DNA of 64,000 nucleotides from an uncultured Bacilli bacterium. GTDB lineage: Bacteria; Bacillota_I; Bacilli_A; RF39; UBA660. Below are positions 47,349-56,596 of the stretch, one piece after another. Position 1 is the stretch's first letter, and the number at the start of each line of letters is the position of its first letter. Where the stretch lies: NCBI GenBank assembly GCA_934101425.1, contig CAKOQQ010000008.1, positions 3,088 through 67,087 on the forward strand, given 5' to 3'. Below the pieces are notes generated by a model. It worked only from the letters and a program-made list of their open reading frames with translations, did not search any database and was not told the DNA's origin. The position numbers were made by a program, and so were the translations under genes.

Positions 47349-48428
47349 TTATTGGGCTTCTAACTGATCTTTCAATAAAGCTTTATCTACAGTGATAACT
47401 GGGCGAACACCAAAGGTGTCTATTTCGGCTAAAACTCCTGATCCCATACCCCCTCCGGCGCTTACTCCCCATGCTCTATAAGAATTGTTGGAATATACAG
47501 TGCCTGTCCAGTATCCATCGTTACTAGAATCTGCTACATTACATCCAAATGTTGTACAATATTTCGTGTTATCAAATAACCATGCATATTTATTTGTTCC
47601 TGCCGCTCCTTGATAAACTATTTGTGTGTTATCATGGAAATAATAATAATCTATACCTGCTGTCCATGTTGTGTTATTAGTTATTTTAGCTATTTCACTT
47701 GCTTCTATTAATCTAGCATTTATAGTTTTATTCCATGTGCTCGTATCACTTTTTAGTTGTTTTAATAATGTAATTGGCCCTTTACTATTATTTCCATAGT
47801 CTCCCCATTCTGCTTCTGTTCCACCTGCTGCAATATAATCTTCTTTTGATATCCAATCTACAGCTGCTGTTGTATTATGATCTAGTATTAAATTAACTTT
47901 AGATGATCCTTCATCATTAAATATATACCACTTCATACATCCTGTTTTTGTTCCTGTCACGCTTACTGTTTCCATTTTATGGCATGGCATGTTTATTTCA
48001 GGATTATAGATTACTACTCTTCCATTAGCATATCTTTTTTGTGGCTTTTCTATAATGCATTCATTTTCATCTGTTTTATCACTTGTAATAGTACCATTAT
48101 TTAGTATTTCTACACAATAACCACTTATATGCATTTTTCCATATGCTATTCCGTCTTCATTATAGTATAAATATCCTTTACTTGGTTTTTTTCCACTATA
48201 AGATAGTATATCACTAGATAAATCAATACCTGTTATTTCTTCATCTTTGTCTAGATTACTTGTATAATATTTTTCTGCTATGTTTTTTATCATTCTAGCA
48301 TCATTTTCTGCACTTTTCTTTTTTGCATTATTTACTGTTTTCTTTACTGCTGGTACTGCTATTAGTAGTATTACTGCTAGTATTACTATTACTGCGAGTA
48401 ACTCTATTAGGGTAAATCCTTTTTTCAT
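47349..48428 (-). CDS. bimodular type IV pilin-like protein (paralog C)
   Basis: MKKGFTLIELLAVIVILAVILLIA. Pilin module more diverged; C-terminal module conserved (GVRPVITV). Confidence 0.85.
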   Translation of the reverse strand: MKKGFTLIELLAVIVILAVILLIAVPAVKKTVNNAKKKSAENDARMIKNIAEKYYTSNLDKDEEITGIDLSSDILSYSGKKPSKGYLYYNEDGIAYGKMHISGYCVEILNNGTITSDKTDENECIIEKPQKRYANGRVVIYNPEINMPCHKMETVSVTGTKTGCMKWYIFNDEGSSKVNLILDHNTTAAVDWISKEDYIAAGGTEAEWGDYGNNSKGPITLLKQLKSDTSTWNKTINARLIEASEIAKITNNTTWTAGIDYYYFHDNTQIVYQGAAGTNKYAWLFDNTKYCTTFGCNVADSSNDGYWTGTVYSNNSYRAWGVSAGGGMGSGVLAEIDTFGVRPVITVDKALLKDQLEAQ

Positions 48429-48452
48429 ATATTCCTCCTCATATAAGGTATT

Positions 48453-48496
48453 AAAAAAATCACAAAACTCTAGGAAATTCCTAGTTCTTGTGATTT
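48453..48496 (-). promoter_or_regulatory. intrinsic-terminator-like hairpin in the leader of pilin C
   Basis: Same sequence as 46071-46115 except the T-run is 7 rather than 8. Confidence 0.6.
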
Positions 48497-48576
48497 ATAT
48501 ACATGACTAATAGGTGGTTATTAAATATTAACCCCCCCCCACAAATATAAGAAGTATTATATTTTGTATTAGCCAT
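48481..48576 (-). CDS. candidate leader peptide (31 aa) containing the G9 tract
   Basis: Same as 46100-46195 with one substitution (N5K). Stop TAG is inside the hairpin. Confidence 0.35.
   Translation of the reverse strand: MANTKYNTSYICGGGLIFNNHLLVMYINHKN
48532..48540. repeat. C9/G9 homopolymer tract
   Basis: Nine consecutive C on the plus strand. Confidence 0.9.
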
Positions 48577-48599
48577 ATATTCACTTCCTTACTATATTT

Positions 48600-48628
48600 A
48601 TTATATCTTCCGATTTCGGTAATGTCAA
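48600..48628 (-). promoter_or_regulatory. consensus sigma-A promoter of pilin C leader
   Basis: TTGACA-17 nt-TATAAT. Confidence 0.7.
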
Positions 48629-48647
48629 TATTTTGTCCTATTCTAAA

Positions 48648-48693
48648 ATTACATTTTTCTACAAAAAAAATGCTATAAGCATTTTAATTTGTA
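48648..48693. repeat. 46-bp direct repeat, copy 2 (3' end of the GDPD gene plus its terminator)
   Basis: Identical to 44897-44942. Includes the last 7 codons (YKLKCL-stop region) of the 48673-49290 gene. Confidence 0.9.
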
Positions 48694-49290
48694 AGGAATA
48701 TCCGTTATTATATTAATTTCTTTATTTAATAACTTTATATTCTTATATATTTCTATATCATTTATAGTCCATATATAATCTATATATTTATATTTATTTA
48801 GATAAGTATATTTTACTGAATTAAAATCTAAATTATTTCTAAAGCGGAATTTATTTTTATTAGTACCTATAAGTAATCCACATTTATAATTATAATTTTT
48901 ATGTATATATTTTATTAGTCTATAATTAAAACTACATAAAGCGATATTTAAATGACTATATTTTTTTAATATCATATCTAAATATGTAATAAATTCTTTA
49001 TCTTTTTTTTCACTTTTTACTTCTATTAGTATAAGTTTTATAGTATCTAATCTTTTTAATAAATCATCTAATCTATCTAATTTTAATTCATTATAATTAG
49101 TATTATTAACTTCTAAGTTATTATATATATAATCATGATTTAATACTATTTCTTTATCTTTAGTAAACATTATATCTACTTCTACACCATCAACATAATC
49201 TCTATTTAAAGAAAATACTACCGCTTCGATAGTATTTTCTTTATAGTTATGATTATCATTACCTCTATGAGATATAATCATCATATCCAA
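48673..49290 (-). CDS. glycerophosphodiester phosphodiesterase family protein
   Basis: IISHRGN...ENT...VEVDI...HD motifs of GDPD. Overlaps mraY by 10 nt. Confidence 0.75.
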   Translation of the reverse strand: MDMMIISHRGNDNHNYKENTIEAVVFSLNRDYVDGVEVDIMFTKDKEIVLNHDYIYNNLEVNNTNYNELKLDRLDDLLKRLDTIKLILIEVKSEKKDKEFITYLDMILKKYSHLNIALCSFNYRLIKYIHKNYNYKCGLLIGTNKNKFRFRNNLDFNSVKYTYLNKYKYIDYIWTINDIEIYKNIKLLNKEINIITDIPYKLKCL

Positions 49291-50273
49291 ACCCCAAAGG
49301 CAATTGCGGCCATACTAAGTATTAAACCAACTACCCAGAAACCCTTTACAATATCAGATTCTTCATAGCCTTTCTTTTCAAAATGATGATGTAGTGGTGC
49401 CATTAAAAATACTTTTTTATGGAAACACATTATACCAAGCATTTGAATTATACAAGATAGTGTTTCTATTATAAATACTCCTGCTACTATTACTAATGTT
49501 AATTCATGATTAGTTATAATAGCTATTGAAGCAAGTGTTGCACCAAGAGAAAGTGAACCAGTGTCTCCCATAAATACACGAGCTGGATGACTATTAAATA
49601 ATAAGAAACCAAGTAATGATCCTATAAGGATAAAACAGAATATTGCTATATCAGAGTATCCTACTACCCATGTTGCATTCCAAGTAATAAGTCCAAATGC
49701 TAAGAAACTAATTACTGATAACCCTCCTGCAAGTCCATCTAACCCATCTGTTATATTTACAGCATTTGAAGATGCAACTAATATAAATAATAAGAATATA
49801 CCATAGAACCATTTCATATTAATATTTATACCTAATGTATAAATATTAAGTACTGGCTCATTACCACTTCTCATAAATATATAGAAGAATATTAAAGCTA
49901 TAAATAATTGTGCAAATAACTTTTGCAATTCTGTTAATCCTATATTATTTTTTCTTTTTATTATTAAATAATCATCAAGAAAACCGATTAAAGCGTATCC
50001 TACAAAGACAAATAACACTATAAATAAGTTTTCTGAAAATGATATTTTCTTAAGTAAAAGCAACCATATAACAGTTATAAGTGTAGGTATTATAAATATA
50101 AGTCCTCCCATAGTAGGAGTTCCTTCTTTACTACTATGAGTGCCTCTTAAAAAGATACTTTCACTTTGTTTTATATTTATCTTTTTTAAAAAAGGTACAA
50201 ATACTAAACCAAATATAACACTAGTAATGAACCCTATCATCATTGCTAACATGGCCTTAGCTAATATTAACAT
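49281..50273 (-). CDS. mraY: phospho-N-acetylmuramoyl-pentapeptide transferase
   Basis: 330 aa, about 10 TM; KEGTPTMGG, NAVNITDGLDGLA, MGDTGSL, APLHHHFE motifs. Confidence 0.95.
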   Translation of the reverse strand: MLILAKAMLAMMIGFITSVIFGLVFVPFLKKINIKQSESIFLRGTHSSKEGTPTMGGLIFIIPTLITVIWLLLLKKISFSENLFIVLFVFVGYALIGFLDDYLIIKRKNNIGLTELQKLFAQLFIALIFFYIFMRSGNEPVLNIYTLGININMKWFYGIFLLFILVASSNAVNITDGLDGLAGGLSVISFLAFGLITWNATWVVGYSDIAIFCFILIGSLLGFLLFNSHPARVFMGDTGSLSLGATLASIAIITNHELTLVIVAGVFIIETLSCIIQMLGIMCFHKKVFLMAPLHHHFEKKGYEESDIVKGFWVVGLILSMAAIAFGVWI

Positions 50274-51638
50274 TTATCTTACCTCTACTTTCTTTAATAT
50301 CTCTTCTACTACTTTATGATCATTAAAAGGTATTTTTTTATCTTTTACTATAATAGCTTCTTCATGGCCTTTACCTAGTATAAGTAAAAAGTCATTTTCT
50401 TTAAGTAAGTCTATACCTTTTTTAATAGCTTCTTTTCTATCTAAACAAACTATATAATTATCTCTTTTATTATCTTTTAACATATCAGATACTATATCTT
50501 CAGCCGCTTCATCATGTAAGTCATCTATAGTTATAATACCTAATGTTGTATTTTTAAGTACTATTTCAGTCATTATTGGTCTTTTTACTCTATCTCTAGA
50601 ACCAGTACAACCAAATACTACATATATTTTTCCTTTAGCCACTTCTTTTACTGTTTCAATTATCTTAGAAATAGCATCTGGAGTATGAGCATAGTCTATA
50701 ATTATATTATTTGTTTTATATTTTATTATATCCATTCTACCTGGTGGACATGATATAGTTTCTGATACTTTAATAATATCTTTTATATCAATATTCATTT
50801 GTTCTAACACTACTATAGCAAGTAATAAATTATATATATTGTACTTTCCTATAAGTGGTGATGTAACTTTATATTCTTTATTATCGTGAATATACGTAAA
50901 TACTGATTTATTAGTCATTTTATAATCTATAACATGATAGTCTCCACCATTAAATCCATAATAAATAGTATTATCTGTTATAAAATATTTATTATATGCA
51001 TCATCATAATTTAATATCGATTTACCATTTTTCTTTAATTTTTTAAATAATAATTGTTTTGCTTTTGCATAATTTTCCATTGTTTTATGATAATCCAAAT
51101 GATCTTGTGTTAAATTAGTAAAACATGCATATGAAAATGGTATATTATTAAGTCTACCAAAATCAAGTCCCTGACTAGAAGCTTCAATAACTACTACTTT
51201 ATAATCATTATCATAAGCATTTATAAGCATATCATACATTTCACATATATCTGGATTAGTATTAGGTAAACCAGATACTTTACCATTTAAATAATATCCT
51301 ACAGTACCTATATAACCACATTTAATACCTAATTTATTTAACATATCATATATTAAATATGCTGTAGTAGTTTTTCCATTAGTACCTGTTATACCTATTA
51401 TAGTCATTTCTTCTAAATATTTATTATAGTTTTCTTTTAAATAATTTTCTAAATATAATCTAGAATTATCAACAATAGTATAAGGAATATTATACTTGCC
51501 ATGTTCACATATTATTTTAGATGCACCATTTTTTATAGCAGCATCTATATATTTATGACCATCATTTACTTCACACTTAATAGCGGCAAATATATCACCT
51601 TTTTTAACTTTTCTAGAATCTGTTTTTATATTTATCAT
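50274..51638 (-). CDS. murE: UDP-N-acetylmuramoyl-L-alanyl-D-glutamate ligase (MurE type), residue-3 specificity unclear
   Basis: TDSRKVKKGDIF, GITGTNGKTTT, GSRDRVKRP, GKGHE. The position of the DNPR motif reads DDLH. Confidence 0.85.
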   Translation of the reverse strand: MINIKTDSRKVKKGDIFAAIKCEVNDGHKYIDAAIKNGASKIICEHGKYNIPYTIVDNSRLYLENYLKENYNKYLEEMTIIGITGTNGKTTTAYLIYDMLNKLGIKCGYIGTVGYYLNGKVSGLPNTNPDICEMYDMLINAYDNDYKVVVIEASSQGLDFGRLNNIPFSYACFTNLTQDHLDYHKTMENYAKAKQLLFKKLKKNGKSILNYDDAYNKYFITDNTIYYGFNGGDYHVIDYKMTNKSVFTYIHDNKEYKVTSPLIGKYNIYNLLLAIVVLEQMNIDIKDIIKVSETISCPPGRMDIIKYKTNNIIIDYAHTPDAISKIIETVKEVAKGKIYVVFGCTGSRDRVKRPIMTEIVLKNTTLGIITIDDLHDEAAEDIVSDMLKDNKRDNYIVCLDRKEAIKKGIDLLKENDFLLILGKGHEEAIIVKDKKIPFNDHKVVEEILKKVEVR

Positions 51639-51703
51639 ATAATCACCATATATTATTTTACTATAAATTGCTTATTTTAACAATAAAAAAAGCCCTAAGG
51701 CTT

Positions 51704-53782
51704 TTAATTTATAGTAAATTCATCATTTTTTACATCGATAACTAATTTACTGTTTGGTTTAATAGTACCATTTACAATACTATTTGCGAGTAATGTTTCA
51801 ATATTATGTGATACATATCTTTTAATAGGTCTAGCTCCGTATTCTTTGTCATAAGAGTTTTCAACTACATAGTCTTTGCATTTATCTGTTAAAGTAATAC
51901 TAATACCTTGATCTACTAATCTATAATTTATTTCATCTATTATTTTATCTAATATTTCATAAACAACTTTTTTAGTTAATGAATTAAATACTATTATTTC
52001 ATCAATACGATTTATAAATTCTGGTCTAAAAGTCATTTTTAAATCTTTTATAACTTTTTCTTTATTACCAGCTAGTATATCTTCACTACCTAAGTTAGAT
52101 GTCATAATTATTATAGTATTTTTAAAGTCTACTGTTCTACCTTGACTATCAGTAATTCTACCATCATCTAGTATTTGAAGTAGAATATTAAATACATCTT
52201 TATGAGCTTTTTCTATTTCATCAAATAATACTATACTATATGGATTTCTTCTTACTTTTTCAGTTAATTCTCCACCTTCATCATATCCAACGTATCCTGG
52301 AGGCGCTCCTATAAGTCTAGAGACTGAGAAACTTTCCATATATTCACTCATATCAATTCTTACCATATGTTTTTCATCATCAAACAATTCATAGGCAAGT
52401 GCTTTGGCTACTTCTGTTTTACCTACTCCAGTAGGCCCTAAAAAGATAAATGAACCAATTGGTCTATTTGGATCTTTTATACCTGCTCTAGCTCTTATGA
52501 TTGAATCTACAACAAGAGTTAAAGCTTCATCTTGACCTTTTACTCTTTTTCTTAAATTATCATATAAATGCATTAATTTTTCTTTTTCACTATCTACTAA
52601 CTTACTAATAGGTATATTAGTCCATCTAGAAATAACTTCTGCTATTTCATTTTCACCTATAGTATCACTTAATATTTCATTTTTATCATTTTTCTTTATT
52701 TCTTCTAGTTCATGTTCTAGTTTTGGTATAACACCATGTCTTAATCTTGCTGCTTCTTCTAAATTGTATTCATTTTCTGCTTTTTCTAGTTTAAATCTAG
52801 CTTTATCCAATTCGTCTTTTTTACTACTCTTTAAATCATTAATTTTCTTTTCGTCTTCCCAAGCACTTCTTAATTTAGATTCTTTTTCTTTTAATGATAC
52901 AAGTTTATTATCTATATCACTAAGTCTTTTCTTAGAAATATCATCTTTTTCTTTCTTTAATGCTTGTTTTTCAATTTCTAAACTCATTATTTTTCTATTT
53001 AATTTATCTAATGATTCAGGCATTGAATCTATTTGAACTTTTATAGTAGCACAAGCTTCATCAACTAAATCTATAGCTTTATCTGGTAAAAATCTATCTG
53101 TTATATATCTATTAGATAAAGTTGCAGCAGCAACTAATGCAGCATCTTTAATATTAACTCCATGGTATATTTCAAATTTTTCTTTTAAACCTCTTAATAT
53201 AGTAATAGTATCCATTACTGTAGGTTCTTTAACCAATACTTTTTGGAATCTTCTTTCCAAAGCTCCATCTTTTTCTATATATTTACGATATTCATTTAAT
53301 GTAGTAGCACCTATACAATGTATTTCGCCTCTAGCTAACATTGGTTTTAGCATATTACCAGCATCCATAGCACCTTCTCCAGTACCAACAATTAAATGAA
53401 TTTCATCTATAAACATTATAATTTCGCCATCTGAATCTTTTATTTCTTTTAATACTGCTTTTAGTCTTTCTTCAAATTCACCACGATACTTAGCTCCGGC
53501 AACTAAAGCAGTCATATCAAGTTCCCATACTCTTTTATTCTTTAAACTATTTGGGATATCACCTTTATTAATTCTTATGGCAAGTCCTTCTACAATCGCT
53601 GTTTTACCTACACCAGGTTCTCCAATTAAAACTGGATTATTTTTTGTTTTTCTAGATAAAATCCTAGTTAATGATCTAATTTCTTCATCTCTACCAATAA
53701 CTGGATCTATTTTACCTGATTTAACAAGTTCAGTAATGTCACGACCATATTTTTCTAAAACATTTACTTCTTCCATATTCAT
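51704..53782 (-). CDS. clpB: ClpB-type AAA+ disaggregase lacking the N-terminal domain
   Basis: Start moved to [19 protein letters not shown] (ATG 53782, GGGGTGA upstream). Two Walker A motifs ([16 protein letters not shown]) and a long coiled-coil middle domain. Confidence 0.9.
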   Translation of the reverse strand: MNMEEVNVLEKYGRDITELVKSGKIDPVIGRDEEIRSLTRILSRKTKNNPVLIGEPGVGKTAIVEGLAIRINKGDIPNSLKNKRVWELDMTALVAGAKYRGEFEERLKAVLKEIKDSDGEIIMFIDEIHLIVGTGEGAMDAGNMLKPMLARGEIHCIGATTLNEYRKYIEKDGALERRFQKVLVKEPTVMDTITILRGLKEKFEIYHGVNIKDAALVAAATLSNRYITDRFLPDKAIDLVDEACATIKVQIDSMPESLDKLNRKIMSLEIEKQALKKEKDDISKKRLSDIDNKLVSLKEKESKLRSAWEDEKKINDLKSSKKDELDKARFKLEKAENEYNLEEAARLRHGVIPKLEHELEEIKKNDKNEILSDTIGENEIAEVISRWTNIPISKLVDSEKEKLMHLYDNLRKRVKGQDEALTLVVDSIIRARAGIKDPNRPIGSFIFLGPTGVGKTEVAKALAYELFDDEKHMVRIDMSEYMESFSVSRLIGAPPGYVGYDEGGELTEKVRRNPYSIVLFDEIEKAHKDVFNILLQILDDGRITDSQGRTVDFKNTIIIMTSNLGSEDILAGNKEKVIKDLKMTFRPEFINRIDEIIVFNSLTKKVVYEILDKIIDEINYRLVDQGISITLTDKCKDYVVENSYDKEYGARPIKRYVSHNIETLLANSIVNGTIKPNSKLVIDVKNDEFTIN

Positions 53783-53841
53783 TATATCACCCCATTTAAA
53801 AAGTGGACCTTTCCTAGTCCACTTATAATTATACCACTTTT

Positions 53842-53868
53842 TTAGCACTTGTCAATAGTGAGTGCTAA
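53842..53868. promoter_or_regulatory. CIRCE operator (HrcA site) overlapping the clpB promoter
   Basis: TTAGCACTT-GTCAATAGT-GAGTGCTAA versus consensus TTAGCACTC-N9-GAGTGCTAA. On the minus strand TTGACA-16 nt-TATAAT overlaps it. Confidence 0.85.
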
Positions 53869-55392
53869 TTATTTTAATTTTTCTATTGTTTCAACTAAAA
53901 TATCTTTAGCTGCACTATCTACTAAAAATAAACCTTCATCTAACACTTCAAATCTAGTATTAGCTCTAGACATTTCATAAGTTACTACATCAGATACCGT
54001 AACATGATCTTTATTAAGTTCAAGTTCATAATATACTTCTAGTCCAGAGCCTATAATAGCACTTACTTCTTTAGTAATTCTGCTTAATTCTATAGGCATT
54101 GTTCTTCTTATATTTTCTCTTTCAGTACCATGAGCAACTCTAAATGATTTTAATACATTTTTATATTCTTCTAGTAATCTAGTAATTGCTACTCTATCTA
54201 AAAATATACCTTTTTCTTCTAACATTCTTTCGTATTTTTTAATACTACTTTCATAGATTTCAATTGTCATAGAGTTATGTATATAAATTAGATCTTTTAA
54301 ACTCTTAGTTTGATATTCTTCTGGTACAACTACACCAATAATTTTTGATGCAGGTATTCTTTTATATACATATCTTTCATCTTCATAGTCTCCTTTATCA
54401 TAAGGATAACCCTGTTCAATAGCTTTTCCTCTTTCTTTATTAGAATATCCTTTGATCATTTCATCTGCATTACATAAAAATCCTATACCATTTTTAGTAA
54501 ATGTAGAAAATGCTCCTGCACTTTTTTTAATAGCATTTATATCTACTACAGATATCCATCTATCACTGTTACCACCTTCAAAATTAGAAGGTACATTTAA
54601 ATTCATTCTTACTCTTTCACTTAATGATAAAACACCATTATTTAGTATAGGTGCTACCTTAGTAAAATCAAACCCTATACTATGGAAACATAATCCACCT
54701 TTATTTAAGTCCTTTATGTGTTCCTTATATCCCTTTATCATTTCTTTTTTATAAACATCATTAATTGCATATGCAAAATCTATTAACCCCTTTGATTCTT
54801 CAATTCTTAAAAAGTCAGGATCAACAGTTGCATATGATTTTCTTCCAAATCTAGTTCTATCAAGAGCATCTGCATCTTTTAATATATTATATAAAGTACT
54901 ATATTTTTGATATAATTCTTCCTCATACTCTCTATCATATTCGTAACATTGATTATCAAATTCACATTTTTTTCTATCGTCTGGTAGTGAATGACCACTA
55001 ATTATTCCATATAATAATATTTTATTTTCTACATTATCATAAAAAGGATCATCTAATATTTGTTTTTCTTCTAACCAATGTGCACTTGTATATCCATGAA
55101 CAGTATCTTCTGAATCTACTGTTCTACCTATATCATGATATAAAGCGGCATCTAAAACTATTTTCATATCATCTTCACTTAGATTTTTTATTCTACCTAA
55201 TATATAAGAAAATAAATATACTTTATCACTATGATTTCTACCATGAATGAAACTATCATATAAATATTTATCTTTTACATTTCTTAAATCTCTTAATATT
55301 CTTTCCTTATCTAAAGAATCTAATATTACATTTGCATCAAAACTGCTACTAGAGAGTTTTTTTTCTAATAAGAGCATTAGAATCGTCTCCAT
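53869..55392 (-). CDS. HD-domain phosphohydrolase fused to a ~270-aa C-terminal domain of unknown function
   Basis: H...HD...H...D pattern (HGRNHSDKV, ALYHDIGR, SGHS, LKDADALDRTRFG). No recognisable motif in the C-terminal half. Confidence 0.65.
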   Translation of the reverse strand: METILMLLLEKKLSSSSFDANVILDSLDKERILRDLRNVKDKYLYDSFIHGRNHSDKVYLFSYILGRIKNLSEDDMKIVLDAALYHDIGRTVDSEDTVHGYTSAHWLEEKQILDDPFYDNVENKILLYGIISGHSLPDDRKKCEFDNQCYEYDREYEEELYQKYSTLYNILKDADALDRTRFGRKSYATVDPDFLRIEESKGLIDFAYAINDVYKKEMIKGYKEHIKDLNKGGLCFHSIGFDFTKVAPILNNGVLSLSERVRMNLNVPSNFEGGNSDRWISVVDINAIKKSAGAFSTFTKNGIGFLCNADEMIKGYSNKERGKAIEQGYPYDKGDYEDERYVYKRIPASKIIGVVVPEEYQTKSLKDLIYIHNSMTIEIYESSIKKYERMLEEKGIFLDRVAITRLLEEYKNVLKSFRVAHGTERENIRRTMPIELSRITKEVSAIIGSGLEVYYELELNKDHVTVSDVVTYEMSRANTRFEVLDEGLFLVDSAAKDILVETIEKLK

Positions 55393-56587
55393 AATTTTCC
55401 CCCTTACTAATTAGTGACTCATATATATTAAAGTCGTAATATTTTTCTAAATCTTCGATACTACCCATAAAAATTTCTTTGGGATCTTCAGGAGTATATT
55501 TTGGATTACAATAATACCACTTGTTATCACATTCTACTCTTAAAATTGAATGATTAGATGCTAAAAATTTACTTCTTTTATCATGACAATGTACATTAAA
55601 CGATTTAACACCTAACATAGATAACATAAATCTCATTAAGTTAACATATCCATCACAATTTGCTTTTTTAAAATGATATGCCACATAACTATTATGAAAA
55701 GAGGCAAATTTCTTTCTTCTAAACGTTGGTAATTCTTTTTGTTCTTTCATATAGTTAGTATATTCTTTTTCTCTTTCTTCAAGGCCTTCTTTGTCAAATG
55801 AAAGTCTACTCTTTACATATCTATATACATATTTTATTTTATCTAAATCACTTTTTTCATATAATGAATTTTTCATAAATAATCTAAGAAAGTTATAATA
55901 CATTTCTTGTAAGTTTTGTGGATATAAAAGTGCAAAATCCAAAAAACCAATTCTTTCTGCAAACTTAATATTAGTATCTCCTACTATAGATGCCATAGTA
56001 AGAAAATTAGCGATGTTAATATCTTTATTTACCATACTAATATATAAGCTAACATCTAAAACATTTTTTCTACTACCCATAGTATTTTTTATATAAGTTT
56101 CTATATCAAAATCAAAATCTAAGGCATTACCACATAACATAACACTTTGTAAATTTCTCTTTTCTTCAAGACCTTTTATAACTTTTAAATTAGGATTATT
56201 TACAATAGTTAAATTTCTTAATTCTTCTAATTTAGTTATATCTAAACTACTTAAATTAATATCATTAATTATTTGTAGTTCTTCTAACTTAGTTAATCTA
56301 CTAATTACAGAAAAGTCTTTAATACTATTCATATTAGAATCATTTATATCAACATCACTAGATACATTTGAAAAATCAGGACTTTTTATAATTAATTTTC
56401 TTAAATTAGGTAATAATTCTAGTCCCTCTAGGCTAGATACACGACTAAGTTCTAGGGAAGTAATTTTATCAAGTTCATCATATGTGAACACACAAAAACC
56501 AGGGTCAAAGCTTCTTATTTTTCTATCAATGCCCTTTTTTCTTAGTTCCTCATCAATAATTAAAGATAACTCAATACTAAAATGCAT
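55349..56587 (-). CDS. leucine-rich-repeat protein with C-terminal transglutaminase-like cysteine-protease core
   Basis: Repeats of the L..L..L.I..N.I..L type between residues ~40-150. C-terminal ANCDGYVNLMRFML...NHSILRVE...WYYCNP gives a C/H/(D,N) triad layout. No signal peptide. Confidence 0.6.
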   Translation of the reverse strand: MHFSIELSLIIDEELRKKGIDRKIRSFDPGFCVFTYDELDKITSLELSRVSSLEGLELLPNLRKLIIKSPDFSNVSSDVDINDSNMNSIKDFSVISRLTKLEELQIINDINLSSLDITKLEELRNLTIVNNPNLKVIKGLEEKRNLQSVMLCGNALDFDFDIETYIKNTMGSRKNVLDVSLYISMVNKDINIANFLTMASIVGDTNIKFAERIGFLDFALLYPQNLQEMYYNFLRLFMKNSLYEKSDLDKIKYVYRYVKSRLSFDKEGLEEREKEYTNYMKEQKELPTFRRKKFASFHNSYVAYHFKKANCDGYVNLMRFMLSMLGVKSFNVHCHDKRSKFLASNHSILRVECDNKWYYCNPKYTPEDPKEIFMGSIEDLEKYYDFNIYESLISKGENYGDDSNALIRKKTL

Positions 56588-56596
56588 ATTGCCTCC

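Noticed and set aside
44866-48700. Looked for integrase, transposase, recombinase or inverted terminal repeats that would make the pilin array a mobile element or invertible switch.
   Set aside because: None found. There are only direct repeats (46 bp), and no inverted repeats flank the promoters. I therefore report it as a duplicative insertion, not a mobile element or an invertase-type switch.
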